Positions 60,644 through 64,000 of a stretch of 64,000 nucleotides of DNA are shown here, in pieces (position 1 is the stretch's first letter; each line of letters opens with the position of its first letter). Source of the DNA: Poseidonia sp. (GTDB taxonomy: Archaea; Thermoplasmatota; Poseidoniia; Poseidoniales; Poseidoniaceae); contig CBFIDD010000004.1 in NCBI GenBank assembly GCA_965661285.1, positions 133,788-197,787 of the forward strand. The letters are read 5' to 3'. The position numbers and the translations under genes are program-made. The notes under the pieces are model-generated. The model did not search any database and was not told where the DNA came from. It saw only the letters and a program-made list of their open reading frames with translations.

Positions 60644-62737
60644 ATGTGGGAACATCGCAGTGTATCAGACAAATCATTCCAGGAAACCGGGCGCATTTTG
60701 CCCAATGAGACCTACGTCAAGCTGATGGACGAAGTGGAAGCCGTGGTCACACGGGCACAGGACGACAAGTTCGACGCCGAGACCTTCATGACGTACATTC
60801 CTCGCAAGGGTCCGTGGGAAGAAATTCCACCCTCAGACCATTCCAAGGCTGACGCCCGAACACGCTACATCGGTCCAGCGAGCGCCAAACTCCTCAACAC
60901 CAACCTGGTTTTGGGATCGTCGTGGATTGACTCGGACCGGTTCAAGTACGAGCGAAGGATCGCCAACCTCGCTGACTACCTGAAGCAGAAGACCATCATC
61001 AATGCCAACATGTGGACGCCCAAGCAGTTGTTCACCACGCAGACATTCTTCTTTTGCTCAACCGGCGATGAAGAGCGTATGGGCGGGGCCATCCTCGAAG
61101 GCGATACCCGCAACGACGACCACCTGTTCCTCGGAACGGAAGGCAAGGAATTCCCAGAGTGGGAAGTCATCCTCTGGGGCCTCGGTCACCGCGGTGTCGT
61201 TCCCGACTCCGACCCGCTCGACCGTGTCTACTACCCGTCGCTGATGCACCGAAACGTGTCCTTCAACAATCGATTGGGATGGACTCGCTACTCGCCAGCC
61301 GGTTTCGGTAAGGACGCCTCTGGCTACTTGATGACCCGGCCCAACACCTGGATTTGGCCTGCCGTTAACGGCAACCGAGAAACGGCCACGGCCTTCAACC
61401 TCCTCGTGAACCTTCCCGACCGAAGCTCGTCCTTTGGCGAAGAAGGCATTTCCGACGTCTACATGACGACCGGCAAGACCTCGCTTTACACCATGATGGG
61501 CATGATGCAATCTTCAACCGTCCGACAGGCCTTCGGTGCCGGTTCGGAAATGGTCCCCTTGGAGTTCCACTGCATCGAACCCGGTCTTGACGAGTGGATC
61601 GGCAATTCCAGCGACGAGGACAAGTACAGCCGCCTGTTCGAAGTCTGTGCGACCCTCGGCTACGTCTTGACCGACCCGCACATTGGCACCCTCGGCGGCG
61701 CTGCCAAGCGACGTCGTCTTATCATGTACCCTTCGGACCAAGGCAACCTCTTGACCTGCGCCAACGCCAGTCAAGTGGCCGACCACGCCCTCAAGTCCAA
61801 TTACGATGCAACGGTGTTTACCAAGCTCGACCAGGCTGATTTCATGAACCGCGTCACCCGCCGATTCAAGGCCTACGCCGATTTGGTCGCCGCCTCCGAT
61901 GTCGCTCGAGGCGCACGATGGATCAGCCAAGCCGAGGTTGACGGCGAGAAAATGATTGGACCCAACGTCCACTCCATCCTTTCTGTTCGTGGTTATGACA
62001 TCCTCAACATGCAGGAATATCTGAACACGTTTAACGACGTGTCGGCTGCTCCCGAGCGCTTGATGCGCCGCATCATCCAGACCGTGGCCACCAACGCCCT
62101 GAAGACCGTTTATCCTGTTGACATGTTGGGCGAATCGTCCGGACCCGCACCGTTTGAACACATCTTCAACTCGCCCGATGACAACCCGCTCGTGTACTAC
62201 ACCGACGTACGATTCCTCGTGCCGACCTCCATTGACAAGTTGCGTTTCCAAACCGCCGCTCGCGGCGCTGACCGTGGTCGCATGCGAGAAGCCTATGCTT
62301 CGCTCACCGCCGCCGACCCCATGACCAGCCTGTCCATCCAAGACCTGTGCCTGCCGTTCCTGGCCGACCTGGGTGCGGACACCTGGCAAACCGGCACGGG
62401 CATCAACGAGAACGAAATCGTCGTGGAAGTCACCATGGCCGTAAACCCGGGCCGTGTTTGGCGTTCCTACCTCGAGCCCACCATCAAGGAAGTCTTTGAC
62501 ATGCCCAAGGGCGACAAGGGCACCGCTGCTCAACTTTGGGGCGACGTGTTCATGACCAACGAAGTGCTTCACGACAAGATGAAGAAGGACGGCAACGAAC
62601 ACTACCTCAACTTGCTCAAGATGGCCTATCACTGGTCCAACAACGAGGCTCAGAAGGAGCACAAGTTGGGCAAGTATGCCAAGAAACCGGCTGCGAGGAA
62701 GTCCACGACCAGGAATTCCACTGCCAGGAAGAAGTGA
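60644..62737 (+). CDS. Large protein (697 aa), probably a highly divergent malate synthase A fold homolog
   Basis: GAGGTGA Shine-Dalgarno; a series of weak but colinear matches to malate synthase motifs (see findings); K/R-rich tail. Confidence 0.5.
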   Translation: MWEHRSVSDKSFQETGRILPNETYVKLMDEVEAVVTRAQDDKFDAETFMTYIPRKGPWEEIPPSDHSKADARTRYIGPASAKLLNTNLVLGSSWIDSDRFKYERRIANLADYLKQKTIINANMWTPKQLFTTQTFFFCSTGDEERMGGAILEGDTRNDDHLFLGTEGKEFPEWEVILWGLGHRGVVPDSDPLDRVYYPSLMHRNVSFNNRLGWTRYSPAGFGKDASGYLMTRPNTWIWPAVNGNRETATAFNLLVNLPDRSSSFGEEGISDVYMTTGKTSLYTMMGMMQSSTVRQAFGAGSEMVPLEFHCIEPGLDEWIGNSSDEDKYSRLFEVCATLGYVLTDPHIGTLGGAAKRRRLIMYPSDQGNLLTCANASQVADHALKSNYDATVFTKLDQADFMNRVTRRFKAYADLVAASDVARGARWISQAEVDGEKMIGPNVHSILSVRGYDILNMQEYLNTFNDVSAAPERLMRRIIQTVATNALKTVYPVDMLGESSGPAPFEHIFNSPDDNPLVYYTDVRFLVPTSIDKLRFQTAARGADRGRMREAYASLTAADPMTSLSIQDLCLPFLADLGADTWQTGTGINENEIVVEVTMAVNPGRVWRSYLEPTIKEVFDMPKGDKGTAAQLWGDVFMTNEVLHDKMKKDGNEHYLNLLKMAYHWSNNEAQKEHKLGKYAKKPAARKSTTRNSTARKK

Positions 62738-62786
62738 GCTCGTCCTGAATAAGGATTGAAGAACATGAGGCCCCGCCTCTTGCATC

Positions 62787-64000
62787 ATGGCGAACGGTAA
62801 CGACGGAAGCGGGCGAGCCCCCGTTGCGATTGTTCGCCCCACCACCACGGTCACCAGCGGCGTGGGCGTCACGCAGAAACTCGTCACGGCCGCCGTCGCG
62901 TTTGGCGACCTGATGCAGGGCACGTTTGGCCCTCAAGGCCTTGACAAGATGCTCTACAAAACCAACGGGGAAACGGCCGTGACCAACGACGGGGCAAAAA
63001 TTGTCGCCGAATTGCTCGTGAAGCATCCCGCGGCCAAAGCCTTCGTTCAACTTGCAGATGCACAAGAACAGGCCTGTGGTGATGGCGTTACTGGATGCCT
63101 GCTCTTCGCCAGCGAGTTGATGCGGGAAGCCGGTCGCTTACTGGAACGAGGTCTCCACCCGTTGGTTTGCATCCAAGGCTTCCAAACCGCCCTCGACACA
63201 GCCTTGACGCATCTCGACGATGTATCGGAGTCATTGGCCGAAGACGATGAGCGCCTTCAGGCCGTCGCCCGAACCGCCATGACGGGGACCTCAGCCGACA
63301 CCGGGGATGACTTCCTTTCCTCGCTCTTGGTTCAAGCTCTCCGAACCGTGGGCTCTCAAAGCGAAGTGGATTTCGAGGATGTTCGAATGGCCAAGCGAAC
63401 CCAAGGCAACGTCTTCGATACCCGCTTGGTCGACGGCCTCGTCCTCGACACCGCTCTGTCACTGGACCGCCTCCCCCGTCGACTTGAGAACGGAACGGTG
63501 CTTGTGTTGACCTGCCCGCTTGACCAAGAGGACACCGTTCGGGAAACAGAAATTGAAGTCGAGGATGCCGAGCAGTGGATGGCATTTGTTGATGCCCGCG
63601 ATGCACTGCTGAAGAGCAAGGTCGAGGCCGTTTTGGCCACTGGCGCCACGGCCATCTTCAGCGCAGAAACCATCGAACCCAGCATCATTCACGCGCTGAC
63701 CGACGCTGGTTGTTTTGTCCTCGGTGGGCTTGAGCGTTCCGGCGTGGAGGACATCGCTCAAGGCGCGGGTGCAACGATGTGCGATCATCTTGACGACGTG
63801 GATGACGCCATGCTGGGAACGTTCTCATCCCTTGAAATTGAAACCGGGGAAGGACTTGACGGCCGGAGAGAACGACTCTGCCTTCGTTTTGGACCGACTG
63901 CGGGTCTGGTGACCCTTGATGTCGGTGGAGGCGATGGCGTCGCCGTAGAGGAAACCATCCGGGGACTCTACGATGCCCTCCGTTCCACGTCGTTGGCCAT
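62787..64000 (+). CDS. Divergent group II chaperonin (thermosome) subunit (runs off the right edge)
   Basis: Not in the ORF track; translated by hand: TFGPQGLDKML, VTNDGAKI, VKHPAAK, QEQACGDGVTG, GLHP. Confidence 0.88.
   Translation, partial: MANGNDGSGRAPVAIVRPTTTVTSGVGVTQKLVTAAVAFGDLMQGTFGPQGLDKMLYKTNGETAVTNDGAKIVAELLVKHPAAKAFVQLADAQEQACGDGVTGCLLFASELMREAGRLLERGLHPLVCIQGFQTALDTALTHLDDVSESLAEDDERLQAVARTAMTGTSADTGDDFLSSLLVQALRTVGSQSEVDFEDVRMAKRTQGNVFDTRLVDGLVLDTALSLDRLPRRLENGTVLVLTCPLDQEDTVRETEIEVEDAEQWMAFVDARDALLKSKVEAVLATGATAIFSAETIEPSIIHALTDAGCFVLGGLERSGVEDIAQGAGATMCDHLDDVDDAMLGTFSSLEIETGEGLDGRRERLCLRFGPTAGLVTLDVGGGDGVAVEETIRGLYDALRSTSLA

Noticed and set aside
60644-62737. P-loop NTPase or PEP carboxykinase, suggested by TTGKTS
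   Set aside because: The first Gly of GxxxxGKT and other PEPCK motifs are absent; the malate-synthase-like alignment explains more of the sequence.

Overview
This window looks like chromosomal DNA from a marine Group II archaeon (Poseidoniales, Thermoplasmatota). The assignment is inferred from a clade-B-type rhodopsin near GGGP synthase, the eL20-prefoldin-ftsY block, a thermosome subunit and many secreted peptidases. It contains pstS/phoU, katG with a Fur/PerR regulator, tupA/tupBC/moeA, uvrA, purL/purQ and other housekeeping genes. I found no tRNA, rRNA, CRISPR array or mobile element. Four items stand out. (1) An inverted pair of ORB boxes around an AT-rich spacer at about 25.0-25.2 kb, a candidate replication origin with no cdc6/orc1 gene in the window. 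(2) A duplicated surface module at 9.8-20.2 kb: two His-rich LVIVD-type beta-propellers, each divergent from a membrane-anchored protein predicted to start with His after signal cleavage, around an SCO copper chaperone and flanked by two M28 lipoprotein peptidases. This may be an undescribed copper-enzyme system. (3) A MamK-like actin followed by a long coiled-coil protein. (4) A highly divergent malate-synthase-like protein next to a membrane protein with 44 consecutive Asp residues. All family assignments come from motif recognition by eye; no searches were run.
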